From NCBI RefSeq assembly GCF_000299365.1, contig NC_018655.1:360001-392000 (forward strand): a stretch of DNA of 32,000 nt, given 5' to 3'. Source of the DNA: Candidatus Nitrosopumilus koreensis AR1. Lineage in GTDB: Archaea; Thermoproteota; Nitrososphaeria; Nitrososphaerales; Nitrosopumilaceae. Position numbers and translations under genes: made by a program. Shown in pieces: positions 18,362-26,874 of the stretch (position 1 is the first letter of the stretch; the number at the start of each line of letters is the position of its first letter). The notes beneath the pieces are model-generated. The model had not been told where the DNA came from and ran no database searches. It saw only the letters and a program-made list of their open reading frames with translations.

Positions 18362-20434
18362 ATGGCATTCAACCCTTTTACTGCATTTGTTTTTGATCTG
18401 TTTATTCTATCTGCTATTATAATTACTGCATATACTTGCAATTTCTACTATTTGGCATTTCTTTCAAGAAAAAGAAAAGATGTGCTGACAGTTGCTGACT
18501 TGGGTACACCATCAATTACAATACAATTACCGATATACAATGAAAAGTATGTGGCAAAGAGACTGGTTGACTCTGTTTGTAATTTGGATTACCCTCAGGA
18601 TAAAATGAGGATAATGGTACTGGATGATTCTGATGATGATACGGTAGAATTACTTGCCAACACTGTTAACGATTACAAAAAGAAAGGATTTCATATTGAA
18701 CATGTAAGACGTGGAACTAGAAAAGGGTACAAGGCTGGAGCTCTAAAATATGCAATGCAGTCAACTGATACTGAACTTGTTGCAATATTTGATGCTGATT
18801 TTATTCCCCCTACATGGTTTCTAAAACGTGCAATCCCTCACTTTTCAAAACCCAACATTGGACTAGTTCAATGTAGATGGGGTCATGTCAACGAAAATTA
18901 TTCTGCAATAACTCAAGCACAAGCCCTTAGTCTGGACTTTCATTTTCTAATTGAACAAAAAGCAAAAAGCAATTCTCACCTGTTTATGAATTTCAATGGA
19001 ACCGCTGGTATATGGAAACGTGATTGCATTGAAGATGCTGGTGGATGGCATACTGCTACATTGGTTGAAGATCTTGATCTTAGCTATAGGGCCCAAATGA
19101 AAGGCTGGAAATGCCTCTTTCTCCCAGACATTGTAGTTGATGCAGAACTACCTGTTCAGATGAATGCTGCAAAAAGACAACAATTTCGTTGGGCTAAGGG
19201 TTCTATACAATGCGCAATAAAACTTCTTACTGATATTACAATCAAACGGAAAATCGCAATTGAGGCAAAGGTTCAAGCATTTATCCAACTTACTCGTCAT
19301 GTTGTTTTTCCTCTCATGTTAATACAATTTTTAGCACTGCCTATTTTGTTAGCTGGAGAAGTTAATCTTTATGTGATTAGCTTCCTTCCTGCAATAACAA
19401 TTGCAACATATCTTGCAATGGGACCTGGTGCATACATTATGATTATACATAGCATGTATCACAAATCTTGGAAATCAAAAGCAAAGATACTTCCAACATT
19501 ATTGGTCTATAATGCTGGAATGTCTGTAAACAATACTGTGGCCGTGTTTGATGCAGTGCTTGGAAAAAAGAATGAATTCCTTAGAACTCCCAAATATGGT
19601 GTTCTTAAGACAAAAGATGATTGGAAAAATAATGCATACAACTTACCTTTCTCACAAGTAACACTCCTTGAGATTTTCTTTGGTGTGTATGGTGTATTGG
19701 GTATTTTTGTCTCAATATTTTCAAACAATCCTATCTTTGTTCCAATCATTGCTTTGCAAACTATTGGATTCTTCTATATTGCCTATCTGAGCCTGTCTCA
19801 TACTCGATTTAAAAGAAATAAATCAAGTGTTGACCGTGTACTGACTAAGAAAGAGAAAATGGCAAATAGAGTTTACAAACTTTCCATGATTGGAATTGTT
19901 GGAATAATTGTTTTTGGAGGGTTTATGGCAATCTATGGATATAGTGTTGATATCTACCCACTTGATAGGATTAGAGGTAATCTTGATGGAATTATTGCTT
20001 CCTCTGATCCTGATGCAATTCGTGCCCATTTGGTAGCTATTCAAGCAGACATGGATGGAATCATGGCAAATGATCTCATTCCAGAAAAAACCAATGCCGA
20101 TGGTGAACTAATCTCTAAGAATCCTGTTTGGCTATTTTCAACAGAATCTACAAACTTTGTTAGAATTCAAGATAATCTGGACACAATGCTAGCAAGTATT
20201 GATAAAATATCTACTGTTCCCAAAGACAGTTCTGCATATCATACTGGAATGCTGGATGTTAACGATAGAGCTCTTCTCATTCAGACCAACATCATGGATG
20301 CAACTCCATACATGTATGTCAGTGTTGCAAATATGATGTTTTCAACAATTTGGATTGCTGCATTGTTAGGAATCTTTGCGGCATTAAAAAGAAAGAAAGA
20401 ACAACTCAAAAAAGTTGATGAATCTGGAATCTAA
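18362..20434 (+). CDS. Processive GT2 family glycosyltransferase (cellulose/hyaluronan synthase-like), multi-pass membrane protein
   Basis: ITIQLPIYNEKYVAKRLVDSVC, VLDDSDDDT, VAIFDADFIPP, LVEDLDLSYRAQMKGW, RQQFRWAKGS; several TM helices. Confidence 0.93.
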   Translation: MAFNPFTAFVFDLFILSAIIITAYTCNFYYLAFLSRKRKDVLTVADLGTPSITIQLPIYNEKYVAKRLVDSVCNLDYPQDKMRIMVLDDSDDDTVELLANTVNDYKKKGFHIEHVRRGTRKGYKAGALKYAMQSTDTELVAIFDADFIPPTWFLKRAIPHFSKPNIGLVQCRWGHVNENYSAITQAQALSLDFHFLIEQKAKSNSHLFMNFNGTAGIWKRDCIEDAGGWHTATLVEDLDLSYRAQMKGWKCLFLPDIVVDAELPVQMNAAKRQQFRWAKGSIQCAIKLLTDITIKRKIAIEAKVQAFIQLTRHVVFPLMLIQFLALPILLAGEVNLYVISFLPAITIATYLAMGPGAYIMIIHSMYHKSWKSKAKILPTLLVYNAGMSVNNTVAVFDAVLGKKNEFLRTPKYGVLKTKDDWKNNAYNLPFSQVTLLEIFFGVYGVLGIFVSIFSNNPIFVPIIALQTIGFFYIAYLSLSHTRFKRNKSSVDRVLTKKEKMANRVYKLSMIGIVGIIVFGGFMAIYGYSVDIYPLDRIRGNLDGIIASSDPDAIRAHLVAIQADMDGIMANDLIPEKTNADGELISKNPVWLFSTESTNFVRIQDNLDTMLASIDKISTVPKDSSAYHTGMLDVNDRALLIQTNIMDATPYMYVSVANMMFSTIWIAALLGIFAALKRKKEQLKKVDESGI

Positions 20435-21954
20435 GAAATATTCAGATCCTTTCTGATCTCATCCACTGCTCTGATTCCATAAATATCTCTAATTTGTTGA
20501 ATTCTAACTGCCTCTTTTAACAAATCCCGCCCAATTGCGTTTGTTAAAATTGAGTAAACATCACTGAATCGAATTTCCCACTTGTCTGCACAATCTAGAA
20601 TCTTGCTTACTGCCCATTGTCTTACTTCATGTGGAAGTGGAATCTTTTCTCCCGATTCTATTGAAATCCTGTCAAACAGATTTACAATATCTGAAGTTTG
20701 TGAAGCCATGTTTTCAAGATCTTTTGAATCACCATACTTTGATTCAGCATTCATTCTGATATTTGATTGATATTCTGATAGTTTCAATAACGCCATCATC
20801 TCTTTTGAGGAATCATCAGATGCCTTGTTTGTAACACTTTTGATTGATTGCATCTCTTCAAACAATTTTTCAGTCTTTTTGTGAAATTCTGCCGTTGATG
20901 CATCTTGTCTTTTTAGCATGTCTGATGCAGATGATATTTTTTGTTCAATACTGTTTGTCTTATCAAATACATTTTGTTTGAAATCTGAGAGATCGCTTTG
21001 TACTGCTTTGAGGCCTTCTCCTACAAATGCTGTAGAATCTGCTCTGTGAGACAATGTTCCAATTTCGGTCTCAATTTTGTCAATCTTGCCTGCTAACTCT
21101 TTTATTGATTCCAAACTTATACTGTCTGCTGAACTAGCCTTGGCAGAAACTGTTTCAAATTGCTGCTTTAGGCCTTCAATTACTCCTCCTAACGAATCAA
21201 TCTTTGAGGCTTTGGATGAAATTGAATCAATTGTTGCCTTTATTGCATCTAGTTCTGAATTTAGATTTGAATTATCTGAAACTCCTTCAGTTATTTTTGA
21301 GAGTTCTTGTTTAAGACTCTCGATGATTTGAGCTCCTGTTTCAAGCTTTGCTGTTTTTCCTGAAATCTCTTCAATACTGCTCTTTAGTTTATCCATTTCT
21401 GCACCAACTTCTAAAAATGAATCTGTTTTTCCTGAGACTTTTCTGAGATCATCTCTTACTTCGTCAATTCTTTGGGCAATCTTGATGATCATTTGAGAAT
21501 TGTTTCTAATAGAATTCATGCTGTCTTCTACTTGTTGAGAAATTTCCTGAGTTTTCGTTGATTTTTGTAATTCTGATATTCTGTTAATCTCTTCTTGCAA
21601 TTTTGCTGTTTGATTGTTTATCTTGTTTACCAGATTTGATTGTGTCCTAACTTGATTTAATCCGGCATATAGCTTTTGTGTATCGTCTTCAATGATGTTA
21701 ATTTGCTTTGATTGTTTTTGAATGTGCTCTAATGCTGATGTTAGGGAATCAATCATTCCTTTCATTGAAACTAGAACTTTTTGATTTTCTCCAAAAATCT
21801 TTGACATTACTTTGATCTCTTTTTGTAACGCCTTGTTAGTGTCTGAGACTGATGCTACTTTTTTTAGTAAAACTGATGGACTTGGCTCTCTTTTTACAAC
21901 TTTTTTTGTCTTGTTTGAGGTCTTTTTCTTTGCAGTTTTTGTAGCCATATCCAT
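20431..21954 (-). CDS. Long coiled-coil protein with a distinct C-terminal region (507 aa)
   Basis: Lys-rich N-terminus, heptad-like repeats over ~350 aa, then the C-terminal segment EKIPLPHEVRQWAVSKILDCADKWEIRFSDVYSILTNAIG. Confidence 0.8.
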   Translation of the reverse strand: MDMATKTAKKKTSNKTKKVVKREPSPSVLLKKVASVSDTNKALQKEIKVMSKIFGENQKVLVSMKGMIDSLTSALEHIQKQSKQINIIEDDTQKLYAGLNQVRTQSNLVNKINNQTAKLQEEINRISELQKSTKTQEISQQVEDSMNSIRNNSQMIIKIAQRIDEVRDDLRKVSGKTDSFLEVGAEMDKLKSSIEEISGKTAKLETGAQIIESLKQELSKITEGVSDNSNLNSELDAIKATIDSISSKASKIDSLGGVIEGLKQQFETVSAKASSADSISLESIKELAGKIDKIETEIGTLSHRADSTAFVGEGLKAVQSDLSDFKQNVFDKTNSIEQKISSASDMLKRQDASTAEFHKKTEKLFEEMQSIKSVTNKASDDSSKEMMALLKLSEYQSNIRMNAESKYGDSKDLENMASQTSDIVNLFDRISIESGEKIPLPHEVRQWAVSKILDCADKWEIRFSDVYSILTNAIGRDLLKEAVRIQQIRDIYGIRAVDEIRKDLNIS

Positions 21955-22009
21955 TGAATTAAAAATTTAATGATAAAAAAGTTAGGTCTAAAATAAAAAA
22001 TGTAAAGAG

Positions 22010-22117
22010 TTACTTGTTTACAACTTCTGGTTCGTGTAGTAACTCATGAAAGGTCTTTTCAGCCAATCCATTTGCTGTTTCGATAAAACCTCTTGTACAA
22101 TATTCACATTGAATCAT
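22010..22117 (-). CDS. Candidate 35-aa CxxC microprotein, absent from ORF track: MIQCEYCTRGFIETANGLAEKTFHELLHEPEVVNK
   Basis: Manual translation of 22117 to 22010; ATG start, TAA stop, CxxC pair, adjacent palindrome at 22118-22142. Confidence 0.5.
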   Translation of the reverse strand: MIQCEYCTRGFIETANGLAEKTFHELLHEPEVVNK

Positions 22118-22142
22118 ATAGTACGGTATGGTACCGTACTAT
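22118..22142. promoter_or_regulatory. Perfect 11-bp-arm palindrome ATAGTACGGTA-TGG-TACCGTACTAT
   Basis: Arms 22118-22128 and 22132-22142 are exact reverse complements, immediately upstream of the smORF ATG. Confidence 0.7.
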
Positions 22143-22379
22143 TAATAACAAGGTAATGACAACGTAACCAATTATGCAGTCAGATACCCCAGGTCATATC
22201 TCTACATTTAATTCAGTTGACCTAATCATCACTCTGCATTTTGATAATGGCTACTGGGAATAAAGAGGTTAAACATTATGAAATTTTTTCGAGCCTGACT
22301 AGTCAATTACTGTTTTTCAGACTCTATTTTCGAATTTTTAATCAGTAATCATTTTTAAACAAATTTGTCAAGTGATAAC

Positions 22380-23705
22380 ATGCAAAACATTCCACTACAG
22401 CTAAATCCTAGTGGAATTCAAAGCTCACTTAATCACACTGTCAATAGTTTGATTGAGCAAATTACTCCTGAACTACCTCATACATCATTTGTTACTGATC
22501 TGGCCTTTATCATGATTATTGGCGCAGTTGTAACTCTTGCATTTTTTAAAATCAAACAACCACTAATCATTGGATATCTTTTCGCAGGAATGTTGATTGG
22601 ACCTTTATCTCCATTTTGGTCTTGGGTGTTACCTGAAGGGGGTCCATCTACTGATGTTTTAGAAGGTGTCGGAATATTATCTGATATCTCTGCATTGAAT
22701 CTCTTTGCTGAGATAGGTGTTATCTTACTTCTCTTTGTTATTGGAATAGAATTTCCATATGCAAAAATTAGAAGCATAGGGCGAGTTGCAGTTGGAGTTG
22801 GAACAATTGGTTTGTTCTCAACTTTGGGTGCTATATTTTTCACAGCAACTGCTCTTGGCATGGAATTCATGGATGCGTTATTCATTGCAGCTGCGTTATC
22901 GATTTCCAGTACTGCAATCATTGTTAAAATTTTAGAGGATATGGGCAAGATCAAAAAAGAATCATCGATACTTGTTTTAGGTATTTTGATTGTAGAAGAC
23001 GTCATTGCAGTTATCTTGATTTCATCATTGCAGTCAATTGCATTAGTTGGATCAGTGTCTGTTGAATCAATAATTGTAGTTGTACTAGTTGCAATTGGAT
23101 TAATTGTTGGTACATTTACTGTTGGAACTCGTGTTATTCCTCCACTTATTGATAGGGTTGCAGCTGCAGAACATCGTGAAATTTTGTTACTCAGCGTTCT
23201 TGGTGTCTGTTTTGGTTATGCATTATTTGCAAACATTGTGGGGCTGTCTGTTGCAATTGGTGCCTTTTTGGCAGGTGTTCTTGTGGCTGAATCAAAATCT
23301 GCTGAAGTTGCAAAACTCCTTTCTAGTCCTATTAAAGACATGTTTGTTGCAATATTCTTTATCTCAGTTGGAGCGTTAATGGATATCTCTCAACTTGGTA
23401 ATTACATTTGGATAGCAATTGCATTGATTGCAGTTGCTACTGGTATGAAATTTGGAGGGAACATGATTGGCAATATTTTGTTTAGACAAAGACGTGGAAA
23501 GGCACTTCGTTCAGCATTCACTTTGGCTGCTCCTAGAGGAGAATTCTCAATTGTAATTGTAAAGGCTGGTGTGGATATTGGTGCAGTTAGTGCATTCTTG
23601 TTCCCTCTTGTAGGTATCATATCGATCATTACTGCATTTCTTTCTCCTTTCTTGGTAAAAGCTGGGGATAAAATAGTCCCCAAATTAGAAAAAGACAATG
23701 TCTGA
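22380..23705 (+). CDS. CPA2-family cation/proton antiporter (Kef/NapA type) (ORF track start TTG 22365; ATG 22380 preferred)
   Basis: Multi-pass membrane protein: KQPLIIGYLFAGMLIGP, SISSTAIIVKILEDMG, VGLSVAIGAFLAGVLVAES, TLAAPRGEFSIVIVKAG. Confidence 0.93.
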   Translation: MQNIPLQLNPSGIQSSLNHTVNSLIEQITPELPHTSFVTDLAFIMIIGAVVTLAFFKIKQPLIIGYLFAGMLIGPLSPFWSWVLPEGGPSTDVLEGVGILSDISALNLFAEIGVILLLFVIGIEFPYAKIRSIGRVAVGVGTIGLFSTLGAIFFTATALGMEFMDALFIAAALSISSTAIIVKILEDMGKIKKESSILVLGILIVEDVIAVILISSLQSIALVGSVSVESIIVVVLVAIGLIVGTFTVGTRVIPPLIDRVAAAEHREILLLSVLGVCFGYALFANIVGLSVAIGAFLAGVLVAESKSAEVAKLLSSPIKDMFVAIFFISVGALMDISQLGNYIWIAIALIAVATGMKFGGNMIGNILFRQRRGKALRSAFTLAAPRGEFSIVIVKAGVDIGAVSAFLFPLVGIISIITAFLSPFLVKAGDKIVPKLEKDNV

Positions 23706-24126
23706 TGAACTAAAACGAATGCTGGAACAAGTTCATTCTGGAATTACCACTTTTGATTTTGAAGGAAAAGAAACACCGTGTATTGTAATTGATGCAAAAA
23801 AATATGGTGTTATTCGAGCTAAAATTGAAGGTCAACCTTTTTCTGTTAATACTGATTTGAATATTCTTCAAGATGGGTTGGGTAATGTCTTTGTTGAAGT
23901 TGTGTTATCTTTTTCAATTGGTAATATTTCTGAAAAGTTTCTCATCAATGCAAAAACTGATTTGAAGTTTTTTGAAGCACTTGCTACTACTTCCATGCTT
24001 GTCCTAAATTCACCTGAATCTCAATATGGTAAGGACAATGTTATTGCTATTCAACTACCACGTCCAGAAAAAGCTCATGATGCATTAGAAATCATAAAAT
24101 CTGCCTTAATTCCTAAAAACCAATAG
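23698..24126 (+). CDS. Hypothetical protein (142 aa), 8-bp overlap with the antiporter gene
   Basis: Intact overlapping ORF, probably translationally coupled. Confidence 0.75.
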   Translation: MSDELKRMLEQVHSGITTFDFEGKETPCIVIDAKKYGVIRAKIEGQPFSVNTDLNILQDGLGNVFVEVVLSFSIGNISEKFLINAKTDLKFFEALATTSMLVLNSPESQYGKDNVIAIQLPRPEKAHDALEIIKSALIPKNQ

Positions 24127-24127
24127 G

Positions 24128-24204
24128 TGGTGCAGTTACCGGGATTTGAACCCGGGTCACGTACTTGGCAAGCACGAGTACTAACCAGACTGTACTATAA
24201 CTGC
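24128..24204 (-). tRNA. tRNA-Gly (anticodon GCC), CCA encoded
   Basis: Reverse strand: acceptor GCAGTTA/TAACTGC, D stem GTAC/GTAC, anticodon arm CGTGC-TTGCCAA-GTACG, T arm CCGGG-TTCAAAT-CCCGG, discriminator A, then CCA. Confidence 0.93.
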
Positions 24205-24267
24205 AACAAACCTAGAGGCTGAATTTGGATATTAAACTGTTTTTAACTATTTTAATGAAGAATCATT

Positions 24268-24531
24268 ATGGATGAAACTCTTCTAAAGAAAATAGATGAA
24301 AAAATTCAAGAAACAATTTCTAACAAAGATGAAATCAAACAACTGATTTCAACATTGTCTGGTATAGATAATTCAAAATCATTTGCTTTGGGGATTGTTG
24401 TTGGAAGAATCTATAATGCATTTTACTATCAATCAAAACGAATTTTGAATCGAGAGCCTACAAAAGTTGAATTTGATGAATTTTTAGAATTTATTCAAAA
24501 TAAGAAATCTGATCTAGAAAATCTATGGTGA
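24268..24531 (+). CDS. Small hypothetical protein (87 aa)
   Basis: ORF MDETLLKKIDEKIQETISNKDEIKQLISTLSG...; ATG start. Confidence 0.65.
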   Translation: MDETLLKKIDEKIQETISNKDEIKQLISTLSGIDNSKSFALGIVVGRIYNAFYYQSKRILNREPTKVEFDEFLEFIQNKKSDLENLW

Positions 24532-25032
24532 TGCTTTATTCCAATCCAAAACTTTGATTGTTGGCGTTCCTGGTAATTTCACACATGCACTTTTGAGTGC
24601 TTTTTTTGCTGCTGCTAAATGTGCGTCTCCATTGACATAAAGCTCCATAATGCATTGACCTTCCTTTACTCTTGCACCTAAACTAGTAGCTTTTCCCCAT
24701 GCTCTTCTCATACCTTCTGAAATTCTATCTGCACCTGCAGTTGCAATCTGCTTATTTTCTCTTAACATATTGTGTGGGTAAATTCTTAGTCTGGAATAAT
24801 ATCCTGATTCACCGGTTGTTTTTTCTAATGTTTTGTTTGCTGCCAATCTTGTTGATTCTATTGCCATGTGTCTTAACTGCATTTTTTCATTGATGCACAA
24901 CTGGACACAATACTGGTATGTACCTCTTTTTCCACCTTGAAATTTTGCAATTTTGATCTGTGGTTTACCTTTGATGTATTTTCTTCTGGTAAATACTTGG
25001 CCATTGCCTTCTCTGTAATTGGCACCGTGCAT
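24523..25032 (-). CDS. rpl10e: Large ribosomal subunit protein L10e/L16 (uL16)
   Basis: YTRRKYIKGKPQ-like N-terminus (VFTRRKYIKGKPQIKIAKFQGG), LRIYPHNMLRENKQIATAGADRISEGMRRAWGK. Confidence 0.95.
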   Translation of the reverse strand: MHGANYREGNGQVFTRRKYIKGKPQIKIAKFQGGKRGTYQYCVQLCINEKMQLRHMAIESTRLAANKTLEKTTGESGYYSRLRIYPHNMLRENKQIATAGADRISEGMRRAWGKATSLGARVKEGQCIMELYVNGDAHLAAAKKALKSACVKLPGTPTIKVLDWNKASP

Positions 25033-25129
25033 GATATGATAAAGACCTGAATGCCCATATTTTAACGGTTAGAAGACATTTGTTCGTGTTTTCCAATGCT
25101 TATATGGAAATCATTTGGTTTTCTCCATC

Positions 25130-25693
25130 ATGGAAGAAACCCTTTTGGTAAAAGGCACATTAGTCTCAGATCAGGCATGTGTTTCTGATAAGAATATGAT
25201 TCATGACCTTGAGCTAAAAGGGTACGGAGAAACTGAAAAAGAAAAATTATTTCTAAAACAATTCGAAACGTTGTATCTACTATACACAAACAAACTCATT
25301 CTAAAGAAAGGCAAAAAGCAAATTGATTTTAATTTTTTTATGAATGCTTGCCAAGAAAATGATTCTAAAATTCTTACCAAGTTTTTGATTTACCGTGATC
25401 TCAGAAATCGAGGATATGTTGTAAAAGACGGGTTTGGATTTGGATCTGATTTCAGGGTATATGAAAGGGGACATTTTGGTGAAAAGGGGGCAAAATTTTT
25501 GATATTTGGTCTTAATGAAGGACAACAAGAAAAGATGGGCAGTTTGCAAAAAAAGATTCAAGAAATTACCCAAATGGGAAAAGAGCCAATCATTGCGGTA
25601 ATTGAGAGACGCGGTGAAGTGATCTATTACAAAATAAACAAAATGAATTTTTATGAAAATAAAACAAGACTTGAAGAGTCTTTTAATTTCTAA
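25130..25693 (+). CDS. endA: tRNA-splicing endonuclease (ORF track start 25115; ATG 25130 preferred, TATA-like TTATATGG about 28 bp upstream)
   Basis: Catalytic-domain features: YRDLRNRGYVVKDGFGFGSDFRVYERG...LIFG, followed by a C-terminal strand region. Confidence 0.9.
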   Translation: MEETLLVKGTLVSDQACVSDKNMIHDLELKGYGETEKEKLFLKQFETLYLLYTNKLILKKGKKQIDFNFFMNACQENDSKILTKFLIYRDLRNRGYVVKDGFGFGSDFRVYERGHFGEKGAKFLIFGLNEGQQEKMGSLQKKIQEITQMGKEPIIAVIERRGEVIYYKINKMNFYENKTRLEESFNF

Positions 25694-26346
25694 TCTTGGA
25701 AAATCCAGTCTGCTGAATATTTTAACAGATTTTTTTCTTCGGCGTACATGAAATCATAGACATCCAAATACTTTGTCTTGTTTTGCCATAATTCCTCAAA
25801 GTCTTTCATCTTCCTCTCAACTCTCGATCTGTCATTCCATGATGTAAACACGTCAACTGATTCAAAATCCCTTGTTTGTGTAGAAAATGACTCACTTGAT
25901 GTTCCAGTAAATGCAACTACATCATCATTTTCATCTCTGAATATTCCAATTCTTTCTGAAAATGAATCTGCTATCTGCTCTGAATTTGGTATTGCAATTT
26001 TTAGCTCAATCTGACCCTTGTTGACTATGTTTTGTAGCCTTTGGATTTTTGTATCTTTGATCAGCATTCCTTCAAATGATTTTGTGTATTTTTCAGAAAA
26101 AAGTTTTGTAAACAAATTCAGATCTTCCGTTTTGAACTTGTGGCCTGTGACCATTCTTAGTTTGGCACTTCCTTCTGAAAAATTTTCAAACGCCATAGCA
26201 ATTGTTGCAAGTGTCTGAATTGATAGGAAATCAACACACCTGTCATATTCTATACAATTACCTAGACATGGAAAGAAAAATTCTGCTACAATGTCATTTA
26301 TGTCTGAACGATACTCTTCTTTTAACTCAATGTCTCGTAATCCCAA
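25690..26346 (-). CDS. Standalone PLD-like domain protein resembling the N-terminal module of SNF2/DEAD helicase defence proteins, catalytic motif degenerate
   Basis: LKEEYRSDINDIVAEFFFPCLGNCIEYDRCVDFLSIQTL...RMVTGHKFKTEDL...IAFTGTSSES-like segment (VAFTGTSSES)...DVFTSWNDRSRVERKMKDFEELWQNKTKYLDVYDF. Confidence 0.7.
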   Translation of the reverse strand: MGLRDIELKEEYRSDINDIVAEFFFPCLGNCIEYDRCVDFLSIQTLATIAMAFENFSEGSAKLRMVTGHKFKTEDLNLFTKLFSEKYTKSFEGMLIKDTKIQRLQNIVNKGQIELKIAIPNSEQIADSFSERIGIFRDENDDVVAFTGTSSESFSTQTRDFESVDVFTSWNDRSRVERKMKDFEELWQNKTKYLDVYDFMYAEEKNLLKYSADWIFQD

Positions 26347-26560
26347 TGATAGTCGTTCTTGAATTTGTTATTTAAAGAAACAATTCTAAAAAATCTAAAA
26401 TTTTGGTTTATGTTTGAGTATGTCTTGTAGCCTTAGGGTTTTACCACATGTACTAAAATCAGTGTTCTTGAATTGATGATGCATAATCATCATGCCTGGA
26501 ACTTATTTAGAAGAAATGAATCGCACTATTTTTTAGTAATAATGACGATATAATTAAAAC

Positions 26561-26616
26561 AGAAGCAAGACGATCTCTTGTTTGGTAATTGCCAAACATC
26601 ATGTGAACTTGCTTCT
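26561..26616. repeat. Nested inverted repeat (9-bp outer arms, 7-bp inner arms, symmetric 9x9 internal loop)
   Basis: AGAAGCAAG (26561-26569)/CTTGCTTCT (26608-26616); TGTTTGG (26579-26585)/CCAAACA (26592-26598). Confidence 0.65.
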
Positions 26617-26641
26617 TGTAATTAACTGAGCGTTTTTTATT

Positions 26642-26660
26642 AAAAGCATTACTGCTTTTT
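26642..26660 (+). terminator. Terminator-like hairpin AAAAGCA-TTAC-TGCTTTTT
   Basis: 7-bp perfect stem, 4-nt loop, T-rich 3' arm; lies 25 nt after the nested inverted repeat. Confidence 0.4.
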
Positions 26661-26874
26661 CGTCCATGTTTTTTTGGATTGTATTTGTATGTGTTATAAT
26701 TCTAATTCATCTTTTCTTACTTCTTCTTTTTCGTTTTCAGGATCTACTATGTTCAAGTGATATAGTATGGATTTTCTAACGTACATGTAGAAAAATAAAA
26801 TCTGTGATACTTTAACAAGATTCTATGAATACGGGGTGCTTTTAAAATAATAGAAAAATGAGCCTAAAAATTGG

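Noticed and set aside
20431-21954. Coiled-coil protein considered as an SMC/Rad50 or chemotaxis transducer
   Set aside because: No Walker motifs, no transmembrane segment and no recognisable MCP signalling hairpin.
22191-22223. AGGTCA...TGACCT 6-bp inverted repeat
   Set aside because: Short arms with a 21-nt spacer are likely by chance in this length of intergenic DNA.
22478-23698. ORFs 22478-23005 (-), 23104-23379 (+), 23402-23698 (-)
   Set aside because: Overlap the strongly supported antiporter membrane protein in other frames.
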